The notes beneath the pieces are model-generated. The model did not search any database. It was not told the origin of the DNA and saw nothing but the letters and a program-made list of their open reading frames with translations. This document shows, piece after piece, positions 24,648 through 37,163 of a DNA stretch of 64,000 bases; position 1 is the stretch's first letter, and every line of letters begins with the position of its first letter. A program made the position numbers and the translations under genes. Source of the DNA: Octopus bimaculoides (Eukaryota); NCBI RefSeq assembly GCF_001194135.2, contig NC_068983.1, positions 91,857,579-91,921,578 of the forward strand. The letters are read 5' to 3'.

Positions 24648-26041
24648 GTCATTAAGAATGAAATGACCAATTTTCTTATGAACCAAGTTTGACAATCGTT
24701 AACTCTAATGTTTTATTCTGACAATTCTTTGTTTTACAACATTGAAGAGTTACATCATCACTTTTTGAAATGCAATTCATAGTATCTGATTACATTGTGA
24801 ATTTTCTCTTGTAAATCAATTTTTGTGAACCCATGGAAAAATTCCTGTTGTTTATGAATATGAGTTCTGTTGTAGAACCAGTGCATCCGAGAGAGCTTGA
24901 AACATCAGTGAGGTGTTTGGTGAAGATGTGGCGAATGAGTGCCCTGTACGTCGATGGTTTGAGATGTTCTGGTCTGGTGACTTTACTCTTGAAAATCAGT
25001 CCCATGGTAGACCTGAGACCAAGGTAGATAATGATGAGCTGGAAACTGTAGTGGAAGCAGATACATCTCAAATTACGCATGAGTTAGCAGCAAGGTTTGA
25101 TGTTTTGATTCCATCTGAAACAAATTAGCAAGGTAAAGAAGCTAGACAAGTGGGTACCACATGAACTGAACGAGCATCAAATGACATGTCATCATGAAAC
25201 TTGCTGTTCTTTGCTATTACAGCATAAAAGTGAACCATTTTTGCATCTTATTGTAACGTGCGATGAAAAATGGTAGTTGGATAGAGATGAAGTGCTAAAA
25301 CACAATCCAAAATAGAATATTTACCAAAAGAAGCTAATGATGTCTGTTTAGTGATCCAGTACTGGTGCCATCCACTACAGCTTCATGAGACCTGGTAAGT
25401 CAATTACAGTGGATGTATACATCAACCAATTGGATGAAATGAGTAAATTTGAAATTAAACAACCAGGATTGGTCAACAGAGACAGGCCAATTCTCTTGCA
25501 AGACAATGCTTGACCACATGTTGCACAAAGAACACTACTCAAGTTATAGGAACTGAACTTGGAAGTACTCTGTCATCCACCGACAACTTTTTGCAAGGAA
25601 AAACTTCAAATCTGAAGAAGGTGCAAAAACGGCCTTTCATGATTTCATCACTTCTTGCTCTCCAGAATTATTTGCTGCTAGCATAAATAAGCTATCAATA
25701 AAATGGCAAAATTGAAGGTCGCAAGCTGGCAGAAATGGGGTGAAATGCTTAATGGTATTTCGTCTGTCTTTACGTTTGGAGTTCAAATTCCACCGAGGTT
25801 GACTTTGCCTTTCATCCTTTTGGTGTCGATAAATTAAGTACCAGTTGCTTACTGGGATCAATCTAATTGACTGGCCCCTTCCTCTAAAATTTTGTACCTT
25901 GTGCCTACAGTAGAAAAAAATAAAATGGCAAAATTGTGTTGATAATTTTGGTGCATACTTTGATTAACTGCATTGCTTTTGTTGAGATAAAGTAAAATAA
26001 TTTTCAATTTAAAATTGGATATTTCATTCTTAATGACCTGA
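24644..26041 (+). mobile_element. Mariner transposon with intact TIRs and decayed transposase
   Basis: Perfect 21-bp TIRs TCAGGTCATTAAGAATGAAAT, TA-flanked. RRWFEMFWSGDFTLEN, KWVPHEL and TCDEKW are present. Confidence 0.9.
25715..25920 (+). mobile_element. tRNA-derived SINE inserted in the mariner
   Basis: B box GTTCAAATTCC and an A tail. The TSD TAAAATGGCAAAATTG lies at 25699-25714 and 25921-25936. Confidence 0.9.
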
Positions 26042-26428
26042 TATATATATGTACATATGTTTGCTTGTGTTTGTGTGATGGCATGTGTGAGTGTATGTTA
26101 GTTTTTTTTTATCATAACTGATCCTGTTCTGATGGTCTAGCAGTTTGAAGCTAGTAAATTTGTCTCTGCTATTCTAGACTGATAGTCTCCCACCTCACCC
26201 CTATTCTTTTTTCTTTCTGTCACCCCCTTAACTTTATCTCACCATCTATTTAATACAAATAATTTAGTGTAGCTTTAGCCATTGACAGTTTTATGACCCT
26301 CACCCATATTATATCCAGCTATGCTTTAGTACAGATTGACTCTCTTCATTCCATATCTTGATATTTTTTCTGAACCAAATTTTAAATTTTAAGTTTTAAA
26401 GATACAAAAATAACTTATTCTTAAATCT

Positions 26429-26562
26429 ATGATAATGCTAATACAATAGCATGAACAGGATAAACTATCTGTATATTGCAGAAAAATTTGTTACCAGCCA
26501 TGAATTTTTCTGCAATATATGTATAGTTTATCCTGTTCATATTATTGTATTAGCATTATCAT
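26429..26562. repeat. Inverted repeat with about 60-bp arms and a 14-nt spacer
   Basis: ATGATAATGCTAATACAA...GCAGAAAAATT / AATTTTTCTGC...TTGTATTAGCATTATCAT. Confidence 0.85.
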
Positions 26563-28555
26563 GCATTTGAGAATAAATTATTTCTATATCTTTCAATACA
26601 TCTCAATGCTTCTAAAGCAAACTTCGTTTACTTTCATCATAAGTTGAATTTTAAGTTTTAATTCACTTGAAGAAAAAGTTTTTTTTCTTCATGATGCAAT
26701 CAGTTTATTCAATAAAACACACCTGAAACAGCTGTAGTGAACTTCAACCCATTTGTGTTCTTTATGTAATCACCACAACTGGAACCTTCCCAATGTTGGA
26801 TCTGGAACTCACAGTAGATCGTGAAACTGCAGGCTGGCATGCATGTATATAATTTCATATTCATGTATACTTGTATGTGTATGTATATATAAATGTTAGA
26901 ACATGTCCGTATATGCATGAGTGACTATGGATACATTAATCTCAATCCTAACTTGGTGTTGCTATTATTAAAATATCTTCATTCAAACAAATCCTACAAA
27001 TAATTAATATCACACACACATTACATTACATATGTAACAAATACATGCACTACAATGAATGAGCAGGGAAAAAGTTATTTTTTACAGATTTTATTTTATT
27101 TTCCCATCAATTTGTCTTGTTGGAAACAGTGTACAGATGCTGTAGTTAGGAGTCAGCTGTTATATAGTAGTAAGAGAATGATAATAATAACAGCAGCTAT
27201 GCACCTCCAGCCAAGTATCAGGTAGAAATGAGAGATAGGCATGTTAGAAGCAGAAAAACATGCTGTGTCTAGAAGTGAAAACAAACTGTCCTAAAATATT
27301 AGGAGAGAGCATGCTTTTCCAGCAAAGCACTGTGTGAAAAAGGGGATGTGCATTCAGTGAAGATGCTGAACAAAAGAGAGAGATGAAGAGGAAGATGTTC
27401 CTTTGGCAAAGTTGCTTAATGAAAGAGGGAGAATTCTTTTTAGTGTTCTGTATTTACACATGTAAAAAATTGAATGTAGGTCAGAGAACAAAAGAAAGTG
27501 AATGAGTTTATCTCTAGTGAACTGAAATTAACTTAAGATTTTTAGGAAAACAATAAGAGTTATTTAAGTATGACAGTTAGCTCTCATAAATTTCTAAGTG
27601 CTAATACCAAGAACAATAGAAAGGAGGTTACAGAAAAATCTAGACAATGTTACATCATTCCATTGATATTCATGTGAAATTTCTTCATATTGAAAGATTC
27701 AGTTCTACACGAATTGACACTAACATTCTGAAAGATTATTCAGCACTGATTATTGTTAAAAATACTGATATTCATTAATGTAGATAACATATGATATGAT
27801 TCTTCTGAAAAAAATAATTTCTAGTAAATTCACAAATATTAAAATCTGAAATGTTATTATTGATACACATAATTATTTGAGATAAAAAGTTTCTGTTGGA
27901 AGAGAAATAGCATTCTGATATTCCTGACAATGTTAGTTTGCACATATTACATTAAAAATATTTCCATATTTGGTGGTTGTGAAATGTAAAATTTCTTGTT
28001 TTCTGCAAAACTGTTGAAAATGCCAAATTTTTGCTGCATATAATTAGTGTAGAAAATATTAAGATTTGTTGAATTTTTGTCAAATTCTTTGTTGATACTT
28101 TACTTACAATTTCCAGACGTTTTGGCAGAGATAATTAAGTGCTCTTATGTGAAAACTGAGAAATTTTGATATATGTTACACCCATAAATAATTCGAAATG
28201 ATACCCCATCCAGTTAATATTCAGATCTATTTTCTTTGACATGAATACAATGGAATTTCTAAACTGAATCTCTTCAGACTGAAAAATTCCATTGCATGTG
28301 CAAAATATTTCCACTTTTGGAGAGTACAAAATTTCAGTATTTCTGCTATTCATGGCTCAGTCACAAATGTAAAATTATTATTATTTATACCTACTGCTAA
28401 AAATCTAAAAATTTATTGAAATTCTGTTGGATTTGTTAGAAATAATTTCTAGAAGTTTAGCATAAATATTAACAATGAAAACTGTGAATTTTTTTATATA
28501 CACTCATTAGAAGTGCAAAATGTTACATCAGACCACATGTCCACTCACATCAGCT

Positions 28556-28590
<35 letters not shown>

Positions 28591-28591
<1 letters not shown>

Positions 28592-28817
28592 AGGCGGAAA
28601 GCTGGCAGAAGTGTTAGCACACAGGGCGAAGTGCTTAGCAGTATTGCATCTGTCTTCATCTTCTGAGTTCGAACTTCGCCAACATTGACTTTGGAGTCGA
28701 TGTAATTGACTGGGGTCGATGTAATCAACTAATCCCTTCCCACATTCAGGCCTTGTGCCTTTAGTTGAAAGGANNNNNNNNNNCCCACATTCAGGCCTTG
28801 TGCCTTTAGTTGAAAGG

Positions 28818-28859
<42 letters not shown>

Positions 28860-29905
28860 ATTATTATCATTATTAAGGTGGTGATTATTATTATTAAGGT
28901 GGAATAGTTAGTATACGAGGCAAAATGCTAGTAGCATTTCATCTGTCCTTACATTCTGAGTTGAAATTCCACCAACGTTGACTTTGCCTTTCATCCTTTC
29001 AGGGTCAATGAAAGAAGTACCAGTGGAGCACTGAGGTCAATATAATCGACTAGCCACCTCCTCCAAATTTCAGGCCTTGTGCCCATAGTAGAAAGGATTA
29101 TTATTATTATTAAAGTGGCAAGCTGGCAGAATTGTTAGTTTGTCAGGCAAAATGCTTGTCTGTCTTTACATTCTGAGTTCAAATTCCACCGAGGTTGACT
29201 TTGCCTTTCATCCTTTTGGGGTTGATAAAATAAGTACCAGTTGAGTACTGGGGTCAGTGTTATCAACTAACCTTCTCCCCTCAAATTTCAGACCATGTAC
29301 TTCTAGTAGAAAGGATTATTATTTCAAATTTTGGCACAAGGCCAGCAATTTCAGGGGAGAAGTAAGTTGATTGCATTGACCCCAGAACTCAACTGGTACT
29401 TATTCTATCGACAAAGTTGACTTCGGCAGAATTTGAACTCAGAATGTGAAGACTGATGAAATGCCACCAAGCATTTTACCCAGTGTGCTAAATGCTTGGT
29501 AGCATTTCATCAGTCTTCACATTTTGAGTTCAAATTCCACTGAAGTCAACTTTGCCTTTCATCTTTTTGGGGTCAATAAAATAAGTACCATTCAACTACT
29601 GGGGTTGATGTAATCGGCTAGTCACCTACCCTAAAATTTCAGGCCTTGTGCCTGTAACAGAAAGGATTGTTATTATTATTATTATCAACATAGTTGTTAT
29701 TATTAAGGCAGTGAAGTGGCAGAATTGTTAGCAAGCTGGGCAAAATGCTTAGTGGTATTTTGTCTGTCTTTACATTCCATGATCAAATTCCACCAAAGTC
29801 AACTTTGCCTTTCATTCTTTTGGGGTGGATAAAATAAGTATTAGTTGATCATTTGGGTCAATGTAAAAGATTTACCCCTCTGCTGAATTTGCTGGCTTTG
29901 TGCGT
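28591..29905. mobile_element. Cluster of six copies of one SINE family (five +, one -) separated by (TTA)n
   Basis: The GAGTTCAAATTCC...GACTTTGCCTTTCATCC core recurs in copies starting ~28591, 28896, 29112, 29491 and 29705, with a reverse copy at 29325-29490. Confidence 0.9.
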
Positions 29906-30149
29906 ATGATTATTATTATTATTATTAGACAATACGAAGAGCACGATGTAATTGCAATAGATGTCTAGCCTGTCTTTGTTGAGTTCGAAATGGAAAGTGA
30001 TACATAGAAATTCAAATTCAAAATTTGAACCAGGCAACCACCCATATTGATGGAATGACATCTTCAGTTCTCAATTTTCAAGTCTACAACTGGCAAAAAG
30101 AAAAAGAAAAGGAAAAAGAAGAATATTTAATCAAACAGTTTTGTGTAAA

Positions 30150-33140
30150 TACGTTGAAATTCTCCTGTCATTTCATTCATCCCTCTAGGCGTGATGTTAA
30201 TAACTCACAAACATATTTCTCCTCATGTACTTTGAGGACAGACAGTGTGGCAGATTCAAAATATTTTCTGAGAATATGCACTTTCAAGTCTTTCAAAATT
30301 GCAGCTGTTTGATGTAAAATGTTCAGCAAGTTGTCGAACGACTATCATTGTACCTGACATCATATCTGTGCCCATTGAATCTTTTGTTTAATTGTTCTGT
30401 TGTACATAAAACAAGTTGAGTTTGGTGCTTTCTGCTGCATACACCAATTGGGAATCTCGATATGTCCCACCTTCCATGTAAATCAGGCCCAGGAAGACCT
30501 GGGCAGAGGTGGTGAGGCAAGACCTTCGAACATTGGGCCTCACCGAGGCGATGACTTCTGACCGAGACCTTTGGAAATATGCTGTGTGTGAGAAGACCCG
30601 GCAAGCCAAGTGAGACCTAAATCCAAGGCCTCTGCCAGGGGTGTAGCCAGCCCACTTATGCGTAACGTTCCTTCTTTGGACACTAAACTCTGCTTGCGAA
30701 GACCTGTTGAGGCAAGTGAAATCGAAACCGAACTAAATTCGATGAATGGCACCCATGCCAACGTCGTCTCCTTCATTGGACACGAAACTCAGCTTGCGAA
30801 GACTTATTGGGGCAAGCGAAAGCGAAATCGGGATGGCACCTGTGCCCAGCGTCGCCTTTCTGGCACTTGTGCCCATGGCCTGTGTAATGGACTTTCGAGC
30901 GAGATTGTTGCCAGTGCCCCTGGACTGACTCTTGTGCGGGTGACACATAAAATACACCATTTGAGCGTGGCCGTTGCCAGTACCACCTGACTGGCCTCGT
31001 GCGGGTGGCACGTAAAAGCCCACTACACTACACTCTCAGAGTGGTTGGCATTAGGAAGGGCATCCAGCTGTAGAAACTCTGCCAAATCAGATTGGAGCCT
31101 GGTGTAGCCATCCGGTTCCACCAGTCCTCAGTCAAATCGTCCAACCCATGCTAGCATGGAAAGCGGACGTTAAACGATGATGATGATGATGATGATAGAA
31201 TTGACTTGACTTACATTGTTGCACAATGAACAGGGCTTATTTCTCTTGTGGCTGTTTTTCAAAGTACAGCATGCAGAAACTCTAATGTTAGTTTTCTTGG
31301 AGACAGAACTAGCGGTCAAAGTTCTCTTATATTTTTATTTCGTGTAAAGGCTACAATAGGTGGCTGAGGAAATATATGTTTGAAACGAGGATATTTTTCT
31401 GCAACATGCTAGGAACTTTCATGTAACACTTTTGAAATGCTGGCAAAATTTTGGTGCCAGTTAATCACTAAAGGAATTCTGTCACATATTGTACTTTGTT
31501 TGCTAAAATTATGCATGAAAGTTTGACTTTCCTTGCTAATCTTAGCTATGTCATTTGCAATTTCCTTTAACTGTGATTCACTGTAACTGCATTTGACATA
31601 ATGGTGTACAAAAGCATTTGCATGTTTCCAGTAATCTCCTATATCAGTACAAATCCGTTTTGTCATCAAAAATTGGGATTTTGGATTTGATTGAATTATA
31701 TGATGTGGATGATCAGAGCAGCAGTGGAGGTAAATGTGGGATGATGTGAGCTTGCAAAATAGCTCTGTCACTATTTTGCTTCGAGAAAACTTAACTTTTG
31801 TGTTCAAAAATTCATTCAACACCACTTTTTGAAAAAATAGACATAAATTTTATGTTTGTAGTGATGATATATGTTCGGTATCAAGTATTGAAATGGCTGT
31901 GTGTAAATTATTAGAAGAATTCTTACAGAGAAGAAGAATAAATTTAAGAACTATATATTTACTACATAAAAATATTTTTTATTCATTGGTTGTCGATGAA
32001 ACATAATCAAAATGCAGAATCTAGTTGAATGAAGTAATCTATGCAAGAAAGTTCAGAAATATAGAAATAACAGTTAAGTGGTGGTTTTCAGTCATGTGGC
32101 ATAGAGAAATAGACAGGCATAGCAACAATGTGAATGGCTCAGAGTCTAGTCAACTAAGAAGCAAAGAGCAAGCAAGCAAGCTAGACATTCTAGAAACTTT
32201 CAAGAGAAATGCGAAGCTTCTTGAATAATTAAGAATTACTTCTCATGACGTAGATGTTTTGAGAAACTTATTAAAGGAAGATTACTTTATAAAACTTTCT
32301 GCAAGATAGATCATTCAACTATTTTAGCTACAGACCACAAACTACATGTTGGACTTAAAGCCATAGTTTTTAGCATAACAGTCAGAGAAATTGCAAGAAG
32401 TCAATAAACTATCAGGTGATCCTTCCCAAACAAAAAAGACGTCATCAATGAACTAGAAACAGAGTATTGGTTCATGACCATGTATGGATTTGAATGTCTT
32501 CAGTAACTGTATCACGAATTTTGTCATGAAGATATAAGCGAAATTAACTTGCCATGGGGGTACCCATGGTGCAACCCCTTGCCTGGTGGTAAAATTTTTG
32601 TCCAAACTTCATTGTGCTACTTTGTAACACAAACTTCAATACCCTACAGAGAAAATTAGATGGAATACTTTTGCTTGACCATTTTTCGAAGGCATTCATG
32701 CATGCTTCTACTCCTTAATCATGGTCGATATTGGGATATAAGGAAGAAACATCCATGCTTATCAAAATACAGTTTTTGACATGGCTTCGGTGCTTAAAAA
32801 AGTTGCTGATTTTAGACACAAAATTATAAGTATCCTGAATATAGGAATTTTATATTTTTGTGACAGAGAATAGAAAGCCATCCAGTCACTCAGAAATTTT
32901 GGTTGTACAACATTCATATCTGCTGCAAATTGAATGTATTGGAAGAAAAACTTTTTGTGTATTTTGGGTAGACCATAAAATACAAGTGTTCTTTCTGACC
33001 GTAAAATCCTAGATTTGGCCTTATGAATGAAATTGTTTTCCTCCATTTCCAGAATTATTTTATCTAGTTCCTCACTGTAATTGGGGTTTGGATTGACAGG
33101 TAATCCAAATTTGGGATCTGAACAGTCAACCAAAATTTAC
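30150..33140 (-). mobile_element. Penelope-like element (RT plus GIY-YIG), decayed and interrupted by an RTE
   Basis: FYGLPKIHK, GCTMGTPMA, FIDDVFFVW, YLHCCSDHPHH, then LVYAAE...EQLNKRFNGHR...LAEHF...DLKVHIL at 30200-30470. Confidence 0.8.
30480..31195 (+). mobile_element. RTE 3' fragment, relatively young
   Basis: Same 3' UTR as the other RTE copies with many CpGs retained, ending GGACGTTAAACGATGATGATG. Confidence 0.9.
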
Positions 33141-33989
33141 TTCACTGGCAAAGACCCAGTTACTGGAACCTGAATGTGTCACTCCCAGCCAAGCTTATAG
33201 AGACTACATTAGTGAATTAGTTAAGTGGGCATTAACTGGATCAATCATGAACAAGAAATAGTAGTTTGTCCTGAAATGGGAAATTTGAATAGAATTGATT
33301 ACGTTTAGTACGGTATTAGCAATAAAAAGAAATAAAATAGAAACTTAGAGGCACTTAAGAAAGGCATTGCAACTGATGTGCTCAAGGCATGATTGTCCCT
33401 GGACCAATTCTTCAACACTAAGCACAAATGATGCAGTGTCAGAGCTAAGGATATGCTCTAAGACATGAGGGAACAAAAACTGCTTGATGTATTCAAGTGG
33501 AAGACGCATAGCATAGTAACAAAGCCACAATTCAGTCTTTGGTGAACTAAAACGAGTGCATTGTACTCGAGCCTGAGCAATGTGATTTGCATGGCATTTC
33601 AGCAGCACTCCATCCAATAGTTTGGCATGAATAGCAGACCAGAACACAGGGTGGGCTTCAGTGCCTACCTCAACAGCTAGCCACGACTCTTGGTAAGGAA
33701 AGTAGAGCATTGCAAAAGGCTGATAACAATTATGGAAATACAGGATGCATGGGAGTGCAAATCACCATGTGTGGATGATCTGCCTTATGAGCTTTACATT
33801 TATATGCCAGACTTGTTTGGTGGTTTCTTAGTACATATCTACTGCAACTGGCAGTAGAACAGGAGAATTTCTAGTTATGTGAGCCAAGGAGTGATAGAGA
33901 AGAAAAGACCCAAACAAGGGGGAATCAAACAAAATTTTAGGCCAATAATGCAAATTTCAAAATTTTAACAAAGGTGTGTTCATAAAGGT

Positions 33990-35010
33990 TAGCACTTGTT
34001 GTTGATTGGTGATGTGCAAACGTACATTGTCCCAAGTAGATCTATCCACAACAACATCCACCTTATATAATACATCATGGAGAGGGTGGCTAAAGAACCT
34101 GATTGATTTGTATCAACCAAAAGCTTTCGATACGTTCGACCACCAAAACTTGGTGGCTGTTCTCACAGTTTCAGTCCTGTTTTCTGTAGCTGAATTGCTG
34201 TAATATACAGTGACATCTGCTTGGTAGTTTGGGTGAATGGTTATCTATTGGAACCATTCACCATCATGCTTATGGTTCGTCAAGGGTGTTCCCTCTTCTC
34301 TCTTCTGTATGTACTGATTCCAGAACCACTACTGTGGAAATTAAAGGCATTGAGAAGTATCCTACTAATGGGAGAACCATGTTGGCATGCACAGATATCA
34401 CTGTCATAGTGTCCAACACCGGGCACTGCTCTAAAAGAATATGAGGAGGTAACAGGAGCAAAAATTAATCAAGAAAAGTCAGTGGGCCTGCAGTTCGGCA
34501 TCTGGAGAGGCAGGTCCATGCAGTTTAATAATGTTGTGGGATGCTGGAGTGAGGGAGCAGTTAAACTTCTTGGAGTCTGGCTTGGTCTGGATCTCCAGAT
34601 GGAGAACTGGGATGAGGTGACAAGCAGGGTGGCTAATCACACTCAGAAATGGGCCAAGAGAAAGCTGTCTCTGAAAGGTAGCGAAGAGGTGATGAATGCA
34701 CACACTGCCTCCATTATATATTATTGCCTAACTGTCATCTTTTGAGCTAGTTAACATCTGAGCAAATGGGAGTGCATACTCCTCCCTTTTCTGTGGAAGG
34801 GGTAAATTTCACTGGTTGGGTACTCCATTTCTTGTCAACACCCACTGAATGGAGGACTGGGCATGTTGTGGCTGATGATGCGCAGACAAGTGCTGGGGCT
34901 ATGAAATCTACAGTACTTCCTTGATAGTGAGCAGGTGTAGTCACCATTTGTCAGATCTGCTCTCCTGCAGCTTGTCTCTTTGACTGAGCTGCAGTCCTGG
35001 ATCAAATTCA
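33990..35010 (+). pseudogene. L1/Tx1-like reverse transcriptase remnant
   Basis: KAFDTFDH, VRQGCSL..LLYVL..EPLL, GAKINQEKS, VKLLGVW, and W.KRKLSLKG. Confidence 0.75.
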
Positions 35011-35610
35011 TCTTATCACAAGTAGATTTGATGTCTTAACTCTAGAAGATGGTTTTTATTGAGAAACTGACATGTTAGTAGGATTAAAAAAAAAGAAAAC
35101 ATACATTATCAACATAATATGCATGGGGAAACAAAACTTTTAAATGCAGCAATATTTCTTTTGCATTTTCAGAGAAGATCCTATCTTCTAGAATAACTGC
35201 TAGAATTCTTGTAACAAGATATAGAATATAAAGTATTGCTACCAACTTCGTTTATAAGAGTATCAAAAACAACAAAAAATATATTTAAAAAGTAATATTT
35301 ATTATCAAATTGCTTTCAATATTTTCAAAATCAGGTGATTAAAACAAATATACTGTCACACATTGTGAAATTAAAAGACCATTATTTAAACAATTTTAAT
35401 TGGATTTTTGGTTTTGTTTCTTTTAATCACTTTCTTTTTTGCTTCTTGATTCTTATGCTAGTACTACAAAGTGAAATTTGTTATTGCTTTACTGTTACAG
35501 TATACAGGTATACATTGTCAAAATTTGCTGAGAGGGTAGTGAAGGGTAGGTAGCATGGAAGATAAATTCAGCGTTCTTAATTGTTAATCAAGAATCTTTT
35601 AAGTATTATA

Positions 35611-35812
35611 CAGGGTGGACCAAAAGTCATGCACAAAATGAGTTTTGGAATTGTTAAAGACATGTTTCAATTTTTCTAAAATCGAATAAAAGAAATAAAA
35701 TAATGATGAATACACATGTACTTGTACATGATGAACAAAATGGATAGTAATGATAACAATGTAATATAAATAAAATATCAAATGTCTTGGTGCGTGACTT
35801 TTGGTCCACCTG
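35611..35812. mobile_element. Tc1/mariner-type MITE
   Basis: TA|CAGGGTGGACCAAAAGTCATGCAC ... GTGCGTGACTTTTGGTCCACCTG|TA. Confidence 0.85.
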
Positions 35813-36570
35813 TATATATATTTATAATGTTTGCATATGTCATTTGCATAGTATATATTGCTTACCTATTTGCATAATATATGGTGTACATATATATTAT
35901 AATTTATATTATTATATTTAATAATAAATAAATTACTTACATGTTTGCATTAAAGCAAAATGCAAAAAAATCCTTCAAAATAATGCAGAATTTAAGCTAC
36001 ATCTTCAGGTGAAAGAAAGTCTTATCATTTTCTCTTGTATCATACTATATATTCTATGTTTTTGTAGAATGATACATCAGGCAGCTATTTTTATGAGTAC
36101 TACTGGATTATTTGAATCAATCTACTGTGACATACATATATATATATATGATTAATAGTTATTTGCAGGACCAAACTGAATCAAGGTATTTTAATAAGGA
36201 GAACAAGTTAGGGTTAGAATAGCATATCTGTGTATCAACAGTATACACAAATATAGAACCTTAGTTAAGATTTTATATATATATATATATATATATATAC
36301 AAAAAAAAAAATAATTGAGAGTTTATGCCAAATAACAAACAAAACAATCTGAAAGAAAAGTAGTGAATAGCCAGATGTTCTACTCCTTATGCTATAGAAA
36401 CATAACTATTTTGTATTTTTGGATAAAGTATACCTACATATTTTTTCTAGTTCTGTGAAGACTTACATCATTGTAGATAGATGTCTAACAACTCAGTAAC
36501 TTAACTTTCACTTTATCATTTATCACCCTTCCAATGTGTGAGTATGTGATCTCAACCTTTAACTAATAGA

Positions 36571-36723
36571 TCAAAGGAATCGAGATGTCCCACTTCCAAA
36601 TCTTGAACTCAGAGACTGAGATCTATCAATGATTGATTTCCGTTGAGTACTGTTCAGATGAACAGCTTCCAAGTCATGTTCTCGGTTAAAAGGTTGTCGT
36701 TGAACAGGCTCATCACTGTCTAT
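36571..36723 (-). CDS. GPALPP1: Terminal coding exon of a GPALPP motifs-containing protein 1 homolog (C-terminal DUF3752 region)
   Basis: A strong acceptor TCTTTCTTTTTTTTCAG precedes the phase-0 frame IDSDEPVQRQPFNREHDLEAVHLNSTQRKSIIDRSQSLSSRFGSGTSRFL*. From memory this aligns with the human GPALPP1 end PQERIPFDRDKDLKVNRFDEAQKKALIKKSRELNTRFSHGKGNMFL. Upstream exons were not found in the window. Confidence 0.8.
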   Translation of the reverse strand: MDSDEPVQRQPFNREHDLEAVHLNSTQRKSIIDRSQSLSSRFGSGTSRFL

Positions 36724-37117
36724 CTGAAAAAAAAGAAAGATCAGTCAGTCAATGTGAAGGGCAGACTTCATTTATATATATAGATTTATGCCTAAAGTAT
36801 AGCAAGGTATTGAATCTACTGTATTTCAGAGACTGGGAATTATGAACTCAAAATATCAAAATACCATCACCATACAAGCCATGAATTTAAACACTTACTT
36901 ATCAGCAGAGCAAGTGTTTTTAAAGTTAGATGTCATTCCTACAGCTAACCACTTCAGTAGCACATTTGTCACAGCCTACCTGGTTGATAATAACTAAGAG
37001 AATAATATACTTAAATAGTTGTGAAAAAATTTGAGAACAATAGAATGAAATGAAAACAAGCTTTAATGACATTGCTTTGGAACTAACACCACCTTGTGTG
37101 TATGTGTGTGTGTGTGT

Positions 37118-37163
<46 letters not shown>

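Noticed and set aside
26723-28155. Phase-compatible minus-strand AG/GT segments 28108-28155 (FHIRALNYLCQNVWK) and 26723-26826 (FTIYCEFQIQHW...)
   Set aside because: The acceptors are weak and I recognise no homology. Chance is sufficient without RNA-seq support.
28591-29905. Regularly spaced repeats superficially like a CRISPR array
   Set aside because: The units are about 200-bp SINEs with microsatellite tails in a eukaryotic genome; there are no unique spacers or cas genes.
30190-30330. Minus-strand exon-like frame (...VHILRKYFESATLSVLKVHEEKYV) with a GTGAGT donor
   Set aside because: It is the frameshifted GIY-YIG end of the Penelope element at 30150-33140.
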